From a virus, in IMG/VR virus record IMGVR_UViG_3300020474_000004, positions 1-64,000 of that record: a stretch of 64,000 nt of DNA. One strand, given 5' to 3'. Position numbers and translations under genes: made by a program. Under the pieces are notes generated by a model, which saw only the letters and a list, made by a program, of their open reading frames with translations, ran no database searches and was not told where the DNA came from. This document shows, piece by piece, positions 48,519 through 57,891 of the stretch (positions are counted from its first letter, which is position 1; every line of letters starts with the position of its first letter).

Positions 48519-48545
48519 TAAATAGGGGAAGAATGACTTCCTCAT

Positions 48546-48869
48546 ATGGATGAACAAGATTATAAAAATTTGATTGCGATTTATCAACAAAAAGCGCAAG
48601 ATTTCTTCAATCAAACGGTTGCTGCTGAAACCAGAGAGATGAAGTATAAGCAGCAAGCAGAAGTCTATGCTAATAGAATTACTGAACTTCAGAAGCAGTT
48701 AGGTTCTGCAAGTGAGGCAGTAAATTCTAGTAACGAATCTGCTCGTTCTTTGAAAGAGCAACTTTCGCAAGTAACAAGAGAACTTGAAGAAGAAAGAAAT
48801 AAACCAGCACCTACTCCCACAAGGTCACGAAAGGCAAAATCAAAGGATTTAGTCGCCGAAGAGTTCTAA
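48546..48869 (+). CDS. Coiled-coil protein, possible fibre chaperone (107 aa)
   Basis: Heptad-rich Q/E/K sequence; own late promoter. Confidence 0.7.
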   Translation: MDEQDYKNLIAIYQQKAQDFFNQTVAAETREMKYKQQAEVYANRITELQKQLGSASEAVNSSNESARSLKEQLSQVTRELEEERNKPAPTPTRSRKAKSKDLVAEEF

Positions 48870-48883
48870 TAAATATCTAAAGC

Positions 48884-48899
48884 ACCAGTATATACTGGT
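48884..48899. promoter_or_regulatory. Perfect 16-bp palindrome in the tail-fibre leader
   Basis: ACCAGTATATACTGGT between the late promoter and the ATG. Confidence 0.6.
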
Positions 48900-48928
48900 C
48901 ATAGAATGACTACATAGACGCATAAAAA

Positions 48929-51900
48929 ATGGCAGATCCAAAGATTAAGTTTAAGAGGTCGGCTGTAGCCGGTAAAATTCCTACCGCCGCACAAGTTCCA
49001 TTAGGAGAACTTGCTTTAAACACTAACGATGGTCTTCTATATACGTCAAAAGATGTTGGTGCTGGAGCAACAGTCATCGCCGTTAACCCATTTAGGGTAG
49101 GCACAGGGACAGATAGTTATAACGCATTTTTTACTGCTGGTAATGTTGGTATAGGTTCTACATTACCAACGGCAAAACTTGATGTATCCGGTCAAGTAAA
49201 TATAACAAATTCAGAATCACAAGGTTCTGCTACTACTGGCGCAGTTGAGTTTGATGGGAATGATTCTCTCAGGGTGGTGCATGACTCAGGGTTCAACTTA
49301 GGATCAAATAATTTCACTGTAGAAGCATGGTTTAAATATACTGGAACAATAAGTAATTATCATAGTATCTTCGCATTTTCAGGTGGCAACATCAATATTA
49401 GGCTTAGATTATTAAGTGGTAATGTAAGACTTGATTATAGAATTGCTGCTCTTGGTGCTACTTTATCAGGATCTGATGCTACTGTTGCGCTTTCATCTGG
49501 AACATGGTATCACGTTGCCCTTGTAAGGAATGGTAATAATTTAAATCTTTACTTGGATGGCGTTTCTAAACTTAGTTCAACAACATTTACTCAATCCTTT
49601 TCTGATCAAAATGGCGAAGGATTTAGTATAGGATCCCATGCAAACGCAACGCCAGGACATTTCTTCCCAGGTGATATTTCTAACGTTCGTCTTGTAAATG
49701 GAACTGCTGTATATACTTCGGCATTTACAGTGCCCACAACACAACTTTCAAATATAACAAATACGAAAGTTCTCTGCTGCCAATCAACAAGTTCAGTCAC
49801 AGCAGAAGCAACTGGCAAAACAATTAATACTACTGGAGACCCATCAGTTGCATCCAGTAATCCAGGATTAACATATACAGCGACTATTAGTGCTCCAAGT
49901 CATTTAAATGTATCTGGAATAACAACTACATCTGTATTAAAAGTAGGAACTGGTATAACTGCTTCTGGTGGTATTGTAACTGCTACAACTTTCAGTGGTT
50001 CTGGTGCATCTCTTACCAATCTTCCTGCTGCAAACATAACAGGAACTTTACCAGCAATAAGTGGTGCTAACTTAACGAACTTAAATGCGTCGAATCTTGC
50101 TTCAGGCACTGTTCCTGATGGTAGATTCCCTGCCACACTTCCTGCTGCTAGTGGCGCTAATTTAACAAACTTACCAGCAGCAAATGTAACTGGTACACTT
50201 CCTGCAATTAGTGGTGCTAACTTAACGAACTTAAATGCTTCTAATCTTGCTTCAGGCACCGTTCCCACAGCAAGAATTCCTACACTCAATCAGGATACAA
50301 CAGGAACTGCTGCTGGATTAACTGGTACTCCAAATATAACAGTTGGAACTGTCACAGGAGCATCTTTAGATATTTCCGGTAACGTTGATATTGATGGAAC
50401 CTTAGAAGCAGATGCCATTACTGTTGATGGTACAACATTAGCAGAAACTATTTCAGATACTGTAGGTGCAATGGTTTCTAGTAATACCGAATCTGGTATT
50501 ACTGTTACATATCAAGATAGTGATAATACTCTTGATTTTAGTGTAGCATCACAAACTGATGAAAACTTTACGACTGCTGATCATTCCAAATTAGATGGTA
50601 TTGAAGCAAGTGCTGATGTAACTGACGCAACTAATGTGGCAGCAGCTGGTGCTGTTATGGAGTCAGATTCTACTACTGCAAGTATGAGTTTTGTTGTAGA
50701 TGAAGATAATATGTCTTCTAATTCTGCTACAAAAGTACCAACTCAACAGTCTGTTAAAGCATACGTTGATTCTCAGGTAACGGCACAAGATTTAGATCTT
50801 ACAACTGATAGTGGGACTATCGCTATTGATCTCGATAGTGAAACTCTTACCATTCAAGGTACAACAAACGAAATTGAGACAAGTGCAACTGGTAATACTG
50901 TCACTGTCGGTCTTCCCAATAATGTAACCGTAGGAAATAATCTTACAGTTGGAAATGACTTGGTTGTAACCGGATCATTAACATATGAAGATGTAACTAA
51001 TATTGATTCCGTAGGATTATCAACATTTAGAGCAGGAGTTAATATCACTGGAACAGCGACCGCAACATTATTTTCCGGTTCTGGTGCATCACTCACCAAT
51101 CTTCCTGCTGCTAATCTTACAGGAACTCTACCTGCTATTAGTGGTGCAAACTTAACGAACTTAGATGCTACCGATCTTGCCTCTGGAACTATCCCAGATG
51201 CACGATTCCCAGCAGCACTTCCTGCGATTGATGGATCTGCACTTACAGGTATCACAGCATCAGGAACTGGTGCTATTGGTGGTCTAACCATTAAGAATCA
51301 AAGTGGTGCTGTTGTTGGTACTGCAGGTAGTGTTTCTACGATTGACTTTGATGGATCTGCAGGAGTTACTGTTTCTGCTACAACTGGTGCTGCCGGTATT
51401 GCTACCGTGCTCATCTCTGCAGATCTTGTAACAGATACATCTCCACAACTTGGTGGCAATTTAGATCTCAACGGCAATAATATCACTGGATCTGGTAATA
51501 TTCCTGCTGCTAATGTAACTGGCACACTTCCTGCGATTAGTATTGGTGGTGACTTATCTATCGTCGATAAGATAGTTCACACTGGAGATACCAATACATC
51601 TATTGGATTCCCTTCTGATGATAAAATACAACTTGCCACAAATGGATCTCCAAAAATGACACTCGACAACGTAGGTCGCGTGTTGATTGGAACTACAGGT
51701 GCTCCATCTGGCACTGATGCTCAATATAGTAAATTAGTAATTAGAGGAAATACTTCATCGGCCACAGCAGTTGCTTATTTGTCATTAGGAAACGGGAAAA
51801 CAACATCAGATACAGGAACAAACGAAAACTTAGGAATACTTACTTTTAATGATAATGATAACGACGCAGGTGAATACGCACGTATTATAGGTGCATCAGA

Positions 51901-54900
51901 TGGTTCGAATGGAACTGACGATTATCCAGGAAAACTGATATTTTCTACAACTGCTGATGGTGGTTCAAGTCCAACAGAAAGACTTCGTATCAACAGCTCG
52001 GGTCAGGTGCTGATTGGTGCCACAAGCGGCGGCGGTTTATTTTCGGTTCATCAGGCTACTAGTTCGACCTCTAATTACATAAACATTACCAATGACGCCA
52101 CTGGTTCTTCTTCGTGGGCGAATGGAATGCTCTTGGGTAACAATGCGTCTGGCGATGCATTGGTCTGGCAAAATGAAAACCTAAATTTAATTTTTGGAAC
52201 CAACAATAACGAGCGGATGCGTATAACCGCTACTGGAAGAATGGGATTGGGAACCCAAAATCCAACATCAACATTACATGTTAGTGGTACTGTAACTGCT
52301 ACAACTTTCAGTGGTTCCGGTGCATCACTCACCAATATTCCTGCTGCTAATCTTACAGGAACACTCCCAGCGATTAGTGGTGCTAATCTCACTAATCTTG
52401 ATGCTTCAGACCTCGCTTCAGGCACAGTTCCTGATGGTAGATTCCCTGCCACACTTCCTGCAGCTAGTGGCGCTAATTTAACAAATTTACCAGCTGCAAA
52501 CATAACAGGAACTTTACCGGCAATCAGCGGTGCAAACTTAACGAACTTAAATGGTTCGAATATTTCTTCGGGAACAGTTGCTGCCGCGAGGGTTGGTGCT
52601 CTTCCCGCAAGTAAAATCACTACAGGCACATTTGATGCTGCTAGAATTCCTACTCTTAATCAGGATACAACAGGAACTGCTGCTGGGTTAACGGGAACTC
52701 CAAATATAACTGTTGGAACTGTAACAGCAGCATCTTTAGATATTTCTGGAAACGTTGATGTTGATGGGACACTAGAAGCAGATGCTATCACTATTGATGG
52801 AGCAACTCTCGCAGAAACTATTTCCGACACTGTAGGAGCAATGGTTTCCAGTAATACCGAAACTGGCATTACTGTTGCATATCAAGATAGTGATAATACT
52901 CTTGATTTTTCCATTGGAACATTAAATCAAGATACAACAGGAACTGCTGCACTTGCAGAGGGTCTGACTGGTTCACCTACTATTGGCGTCAGCACAATTA
53001 CAACTACTGGTAGTGTAGGAATAGGTTCCACACTACCAACAGGTAAACTTGACGTTTTAGGTCAAGTAAACATCAAATCTACATCGACCACAACAACATC
53101 CGGAATAGCAACATCATATACTGGATCTGTTTATCTTGATGGCAATAGTGATTATCTAACAGTTCCTGGTCCTGGAACATTAGCAGCAAGTTCTAACTGG
53201 ACTTTAGAATGCTATTTCTATTGCACTGGTACTTCTAGTGGAACTTATAGAATTGTTGGTGCCAATGAAAGTGTAAATGGATCTCAATATTCTTTTATTA
53301 GGATCAGGAATGGTCAGTATCAGTTTTTTACTGATAATGCATATAGTAGTACAGTTGGAACTGCTACTTTTAATGCATGGCACCATATTGCATTTACAAA
53401 AACTGGAACAACTCTGCGTGGTTTTGTTGATGGGGTCAAAATTTATGAGGCAACAGACAATAATTCAGATAGTATTACAACATTTGTTGTTGGATGGGGT
53501 TATGGAAGTGAATATTTCCCAGGATATATTTCAAATGTAAGATTTGTAAATGGCACTTCTCTTTACAAAGAGAACTTCACTCCCCAGACAGCAGAACTTA
53601 CCAAAATTTATAATACTACTCACCTTTTAGCACAGTCTTCAAGTTCAGCAACTGCAGAAGCGACTGGCAAAACTGTGACTGCTGTTGGCACTGCTGCAGC
53701 ATCAACAACAAATCCAAGTCTTGTAAAAGGATTTGATTTGTCTGGTTCTGTTGAACTTGATGGAACTGGTGATTATCTTAGTGTAACTCATTCTGATTTA
53801 GCATTAGGTACGGGAGACTTTACACTTGAATTTTGGACGTACATACACACTCAAAACGCTGGATATGATGCAGTATTTGAAAGTCGATCATCTACTAGCG
53901 CAACTGATGGATTTACTATTGGAAGATTTGGAACTTCTGGTCATGTTAATAAGTTTTCAATGTTTTTCGGTGGAAATTATAGATCAGAAGCAGATACAAC
54001 AGTTGCAAACAATACATGGTCTCATGTAGCACTTGTTAGATTTAATGGTACAACTACATTATACTTAAATGGTATAGCAGGGTCCACAACTTATAGTGAC
54101 TCAAATAATTATAGCAACACTTCTGTAAAGATTGGTGTTAATGCAAGTAACTCTAACGATTTTGATGGAAATATCTCCAACTTACGTTTAGTTAAAGGAA
54201 CCGCACTTTATACATCTAACTTCTCCCCAACATTTACTGAACTTACAAATTTACCAAATACAAAACTTCTTGCGTTTCAATCATCAAGTTCTGCAACAGC
54301 TGAAGCAACTGGTAAAACTATTACTGCTGTTGGTAATGCTGCTGCATCAACAACAAGTCCCGGATTAATCTCACCAAATAGTCTCACTGGTTCTGTTGAT
54401 TTTGATGGAACAGGTGATTACTTAACAGTCGCCGATAGTTCTTTAAATCCAGGAACAGGTGATTTTGCTGTAGAGGCATTTGTTAAATTTGCAAGCAATT
54501 CTGGAACTAGAAGAGCAGTGGTTATGGACACCACTGCATATGGTTCCAATAGTTTAAGTATTCAACAATATAATAATGGATTTGAATTTTATTGTGGTGG
54601 TCAAAATCACTATACAAGTGGTTTTGACATGACAATATGGCATCACGCGCTGATCACAAGAAAGAGTAATACAATAAGATATATTGTCGATGGTAAAATA
54701 ATAGGAACAGATACTAGTTCTAACAACATTTATGGTGAACCTACAAATACATTAACTATTGGTGGATATAATAGTGTTTCCAATAGTGAGTATATGGGGG
54801 GTTATATTAGTAATGTAAGATTAGTTGTAGGTTCTGTTCCATCTGAGTATGAAACGACATCTACATCTGTTGGAACACAAGTATTTACTCCTACAAGAGA

Positions 54901-56164
54901 AGAATTAACTAATGTTACTGATACCAAGTTTCTTGGATTGCAGTCAGCAAGTTCTGCAACAGCATATGCTGTTTCTCCTGCATCAATCTCTGCTTATGGA
55001 GATGCATCAGCATCATCGACATCTCCTGGTTTGGTCAAAGCATATACTAATGCTAGTGGACAAACAACGACCACAACAACAACCTCAGGTAATTTATTAG
55101 TAAGTGGCATTACAACTGCTACGAATAGAATTGATATTAAGAGTGATGATTCTACACCAGGACGTATTGATTTCTATTGCGAATCCAGTAATGCTCATTA
55201 TACCCAACTTAGATCTGCTGCTCATGCAAGTTATTCTGGTATAGCAACAGTAACTTTACCAACCTCAACGGGAACTTTACTTCTTACTGATGGTTCCGGT
55301 GCATCACTTACCAATCTTCCCGCTGCTAATTTAACAGGAACTTTACCAGCAATTAGTGGTGCTAATCTGACTAATCTGGATGCGTCAGACCTTGCCTCAG
55401 GTACAGTTCCAGATGCACGATTCCCTGCTACATTACCTGCTGCTAGTGGTGCTAATTTAACAAACTTACCAGCAGCAAATATAACTGGGACTTTACCCGC
55501 AATTAGTGGTGCCAATCTTACAGGAATAGATATTGGCATTGCTGGTGACAGTGGAACTGGTACGGTTAATACCTCACAATCATTAACTATCGCTGGAACA
55601 TCAAGTGAGATTGTAACTTCAGCATCTGGACAGACTATTACTCTTAGCCTTCCAACCACAGTTACCAATGATAATTTTGAAACCACTGCTGCTGGTAGAG
55701 TTACCACCGGTCTTATTGCATCTCAAAATAATACGGATGGATTAACATTAGCAACTGGAGGTGGCAAAAAGTGGTTGGTTGGACGTGCTAATGCAGAAGT
55801 AGAACTTTATTATAATAACAATTTAAAATTTGAAACCACTAACGATGGTGCAGTTGTAACTGGTATTGTAACTGCCACATCTTTTTCTGGTTCTGGCGCT
55901 AATCTTACAAATGTAAACGCTACTGTTGCTGGTATTAGTACAACAGGAACAAGCACATTTAATCATGTATCTGTCACTGGTGTTGCGACAGTATCAACTG
56001 CATTCTATCTTCCACAGTATACAACTACTGCAAGAGACGCAGGTACATTTAATGAAGGTGCAATGATTTACAATACAACATTGAAGAAAATGGAATTCTA
56101 TGATGGTACTAACTGGGTCACTCTACCTGGCGTTACTCTTGGACTTGGTATGGGGGTATTTTAA
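48929..56164 (+). CDS. Long mosaic tail fibre/receptor-binding protein with four LamG (ConA-like lectin) domains (2411 aa)
   Basis: KIKFKRS...GELALNT-x-DG N-domain; four F(D/G)G...FT-x-E-x-W...W-x-H-x-A...G-x-ISN-x-R modules; LTNLPAAN repeats. Confidence 0.88.
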   Translation: MADPKIKFKRSAVAGKIPTAAQVPLGELALNTNDGLLYTSKDVGAGATVIAVNPFRVGTGTDSYNAFFTAGNVGIGSTLPTAKLDVSGQVNITNSESQGSATTGAVEFDGNDSLRVVHDSGFNLGSNNFTVEAWFKYTGTISNYHSIFAFSGGNINIRLRLLSGNVRLDYRIAALGATLSGSDATVALSSGTWYHVALVRNGNNLNLYLDGVSKLSSTTFTQSFSDQNGEGFSIGSHANATPGHFFPGDISNVRLVNGTAVYTSAFTVPTTQLSNITNTKVLCCQSTSSVTAEATGKTINTTGDPSVASSNPGLTYTATISAPSHLNVSGITTTSVLKVGTGITASGGIVTATTFSGSGASLTNLPAANITGTLPAISGANLTNLNASNLASGTVPDGRFPATLPAASGANLTNLPAANVTGTLPAISGANLTNLNASNLASGTVPTARIPTLNQDTTGTAAGLTGTPNITVGTVTGASLDISGNVDIDGTLEADAITVDGTTLAETISDTVGAMVSSNTESGITVTYQDSDNTLDFSVASQTDENFTTADHSKLDGIEASADVTDATNVAAAGAVMESDSTTASMSFVVDEDNMSSNSATKVPTQQSVKAYVDSQVTAQDLDLTTDSGTIAIDLDSETLTIQGTTNEIETSATGNTVTVGLPNNVTVGNNLTVGNDLVVTGSLTYEDVTNIDSVGLSTFRAGVNITGTATATLFSGSGASLTNLPAANLTGTLPAISGANLTNLDATDLASGTIPDARFPAALPAIDGSALTGITASGTGAIGGLTIKNQSGAVVGTAGSVSTIDFDGSAGVTVSATTGAAGIATVLISADLVTDTSPQLGGNLDLNGNNITGSGNIPAANVTGTLPAISIGGDLSIVDKIVHTGDTNTSIGFPSDDKIQLATNGSPKMTLDNVGRVLIGTTGAPSGTDAQYSKLVIRGNTSSATAVAYLSLGNGKTTSDTGTNENLGILTFNDNDNDAGEYARIIGASDGSNGTDDYPGKLIFSTTADGGSSPTERLRINSSGQVLIGATSGGGLFSVHQATSSTSNYINITNDATGSSSWANGMLLGNNASGDALVWQNENLNLIFGTNNNERMRITATGRMGLGTQNPTSTLHVSGTVTATTFSGSGASLTNIPAANLTGTLPAISGANLTNLDASDLASGTVPDGRFPATLPAASGANLTNLPAANITGTLPAISGANLTNLNGSNISSGTVAAARVGALPASKITTGTFDAARIPTLNQDTTGTAAGLTGTPNITVGTVTAASLDISGNVDVDGTLEADAITIDGATLAETISDTVGAMVSSNTETGITVAYQDSDNTLDFSIGTLNQDTTGTAALAEGLTGSPTIGVSTITTTGSVGIGSTLPTGKLDVLGQVNIKSTSTTTTSGIATSYTGSVYLDGNSDYLTVPGPGTLAASSNWTLECYFYCTGTSSGTYRIVGANESVNGSQYSFIRIRNGQYQFFTDNAYSSTVGTATFNAWHHIAFTKTGTTLRGFVDGVKIYEATDNNSDSITTFVVGWGYGSEYFPGYISNVRFVNGTSLYKENFTPQTAELTKIYNTTHLLAQSSSSATAEATGKTVTAVGTAAASTTNPSLVKGFDLSGSVELDGTGDYLSVTHSDLALGTGDFTLEFWTYIHTQNAGYDAVFESRSSTSATDGFTIGRFGTSGHVNKFSMFFGGNYRSEADTTVANNTWSHVALVRFNGTTTLYLNGIAGSTTYSDSNNYSNTSVKIGVNASNSNDFDGNISNLRLVKGTALYTSNFSPTFTELTNLPNTKLLAFQSSSSATAEATGKTITAVGNAAASTTSPGLISPNSLTGSVDFDGTGDYLTVADSSLNPGTGDFAVEAFVKFASNSGTRRAVVMDTTAYGSNSLSIQQYNNGFEFYCGGQNHYTSGFDMTIWHHALITRKSNTIRYIVDGKIIGTDTSSNNIYGEPTNTLTIGGYNSVSNSEYMGGYISNVRLVVGSVPSEYETTSTSVGTQVFTPTREELTNVTDTKFLGLQSASSATAYAVSPASISAYGDASASSTSPGLVKAYTNASGQTTTTTTTSGNLLVSGITTATNRIDIKSDDSTPGRIDFYCESSNAHYTQLRSAAHASYSGIATVTLPTSTGTLLLTDGSGASLTNLPAANLTGTLPAISGANLTNLDASDLASGTVPDARFPATLPAASGANLTNLPAANITGTLPAISGANLTGIDIGIAGDSGTGTVNTSQSLTIAGTSSEIVTSASGQTITLSLPTTVTNDNFETTAAGRVTTGLIASQNNTDGLTLATGGGKKWLVGRANAEVELYYNNNLKFETTNDGAVVTGIVTATSFSGSGANLTNVNATVAGISTTGTSTFNHVSVTGVATVSTAFYLPQYTTTARDAGTFNEGAMIYNTTLKKMEFYDGTNWVTLPGVTLGLGMGVF
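49985..55525 (+). repeat. Four arrays of SGA(S/N)LTNL(P/N/D)A...GTLPAI shaft repeats
   Basis: Arrays at about 49985-50280, 51070-51250, 52300-52640 and 55290-55525. Confidence 0.85.
50273..52909 (+). repeat. 267-bp internal duplication (50273-50539 and 52643-52909)
   Basis: Both copies encode RIPTLNQDTTGTAAGLTGTPNITVG...YQDSDNTLDF. Confidence 0.9.
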
Positions 56165-56192
56165 ATCATAAATAATTGATATTAACTGTGTT

Positions 56193-57884
56193 TTGATGGC
56201 TAAGAACGGTCGTTGTCCAGCAGGGCAGTATTACTGTTACACTGATGAAAAGTGTAAACCAATTCCAGCAGGATTCAAGGTAGTTGGTCGTGCTGGAATG
56301 CTCCGTAAGGAGAATGGTCATTCTGTAGATGATGAAGGCGAAACAAAGAATGGTAATGGAAACGGTAATGGTAATGGCGGTGGTAACGGTGGAGGATCCG
56401 TAAGTGAAGCTAACAAAAGTGGCGATAATTCTTTGCGTGACTGGTTTGGCAAGAGTCGCTCTAGTGATGGCAAGCCTGGCTGGGTTCAGTTGGGTGGCAA
56501 GTACGCAGGAAAACCCTGTGCCAGACAACCAGGACAAACCACAAAACCAAAGTGTGGTTCAAGCAAAATGAAGCGTAACCTCAGTAAAAGCGAGGAAGAT
56601 GCTGCATTTAGACGTAAGAATGCGAAAGATCCAAATCCAGATAGAAAAGGGAAGGCAATCAACGTGAAAACAGAAGAATTTACAACTCTACCATTACAGA
56701 TTGAAATCCCAACAGAGATAAGAGATTTTAATCTTGGACTCATGTTCAGAGAAAGTCTGGATACAAATAGTGGAATGTTATTCATCTTTGATGAAGTAGC
56801 ACAACAATCATTCCACATGAGAGAGACAAAGATTCCTCTGGATATCGCATTTATCAGAGAAGATGGAATCATCGAAAGTATCAAGCAGTTAGAACCAAAT
56901 GATGAAACTGCTGTAGAATCTGATGGAGATATTCTTTGTGCATTAGAAGTAAATCGTGGATGGTTTGCGGAGAATAATGTAGAAGTTGGCGACGAAATTG
57001 ATATTACAGAGGGTGAGAAGGATGCTTGTTATCATAAGGTCAAGTCTCGTTATTCGGTATGGCCCTCTGCATACGCTTCAGGAGCATTAGTTAAGTGTCG
57101 CAAAGTTGGTGCGAAGAACTGGGGCAATAAAACTAAGAAGGAGGGATATGATTATTCAAACTGGAGATCTGAGTTTAAACCAACAGAGTATGAAACAATT
57201 GATCTGATTACTCCCGATCCATTAGAACCAACTGAGGGTATTGGAAGTAAGATGCTTGGTGAGAAGTGCTGGCCTGGTTATAAGAAAAAGGGTATGAAGA
57301 CGATGTTTGGAAAGAGATATCCAAACTGTGTCAAAGCAAATGAGGAGACAGACTGTTCTCATACTAAAAAAGGAAAGGATTGCCCAGTTCATGGTGCAGA
57401 TGCTTGTCCTGATGATGTGGAAGAAGCAGTTCAGATCCCAAGAAAGACAGGCAACATTGTCGAAGTATTCTTGACCTGGCGGGGCAAGATGTTGATGATT
57501 AAGATGTTCTTCCCATCTGTGAAGAAACCAAGTCGTTCTGAAGTTCAGGATCAACTTGATAAGGTATATCCAGGTTCTAAGGTAAGTTCTTACAGGGTTT
57601 CTGACATCAAACCAGGAGAACAGTTTCTACAGACAGAAGGTGCTGCTTGGACAAAAAAAGAAGGTAAGAATAAAAGTGGAGGTCTGAATGAAAAGGGTAG
57701 AAAGTCGTATGAACGCGAAAACCCAGGAAGCGATCTTAAAGCACCTTCAAAAAAAGTTGGGAACCCTCGTAGAAAAAGTTTTTGTGCGAGAATGAGAGGT
57801 ATGAAGAAAAAATTAACCTCTGCTAAAACTGCTAGAGATCCAGATAGCAGAATCAATAAGTCATTAAGAGCTTGGAATTGCTGA
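56193..57884 (+). CDS. Multi-module protein with a DUF192 domain and several short Cys/basic modules (563 aa)
   Basis: GLMFRESL...GMLFIF...F-x-M-x-ETKIPLDIAFI...LEVNRGWF...VGD is the DUF192 signature. Confidence 0.8.
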   Translation: MMAKNGRCPAGQYYCYTDEKCKPIPAGFKVVGRAGMLRKENGHSVDDEGETKNGNGNGNGNGGGNGGGSVSEANKSGDNSLRDWFGKSRSSDGKPGWVQLGGKYAGKPCARQPGQTTKPKCGSSKMKRNLSKSEEDAAFRRKNAKDPNPDRKGKAINVKTEEFTTLPLQIEIPTEIRDFNLGLMFRESLDTNSGMLFIFDEVAQQSFHMRETKIPLDIAFIREDGIIESIKQLEPNDETAVESDGDILCALEVNRGWFAENNVEVGDEIDITEGEKDACYHKVKSRYSVWPSAYASGALVKCRKVGAKNWGNKTKKEGYDYSNWRSEFKPTEYETIDLITPDPLEPTEGIGSKMLGEKCWPGYKKKGMKTMFGKRYPNCVKANEETDCSHTKKGKDCPVHGADACPDDVEEAVQIPRKTGNIVEVFLTWRGKMLMIKMFFPSVKKPSRSEVQDQLDKVYPGSKVSSYRVSDIKPGEQFLQTEGAAWTKKEGKNKSGGLNEKGRKSYERENPGSDLKAPSKKVGNPRRKSFCARMRGMKKKLTSAKTARDPDSRINKSLRAWNC

Positions 57885-57891
57885 TCGGTTT

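Larger units (their letters stand above)
47202..55776 (+). repeat. 128-bp segment shared by two fibre genes (47202-47329 and 55649-55776)
   Basis: 10 mismatches in 128 nt by hand alignment. Confidence 0.9.

Noticed and set aside
47202-55776. Diversity-generating retroelement TR/VR pair
   Set aside because: Mismatches are mostly synonymous and not adenine-specific, both copies are coding, and no reverse transcriptase is present in the window.
56350-56400. (AATGGT)n Asn-Gly repeat as a phase-variable element
   Set aside because: The unit is 6 bp and degenerate, so it only encodes a flexible linker.
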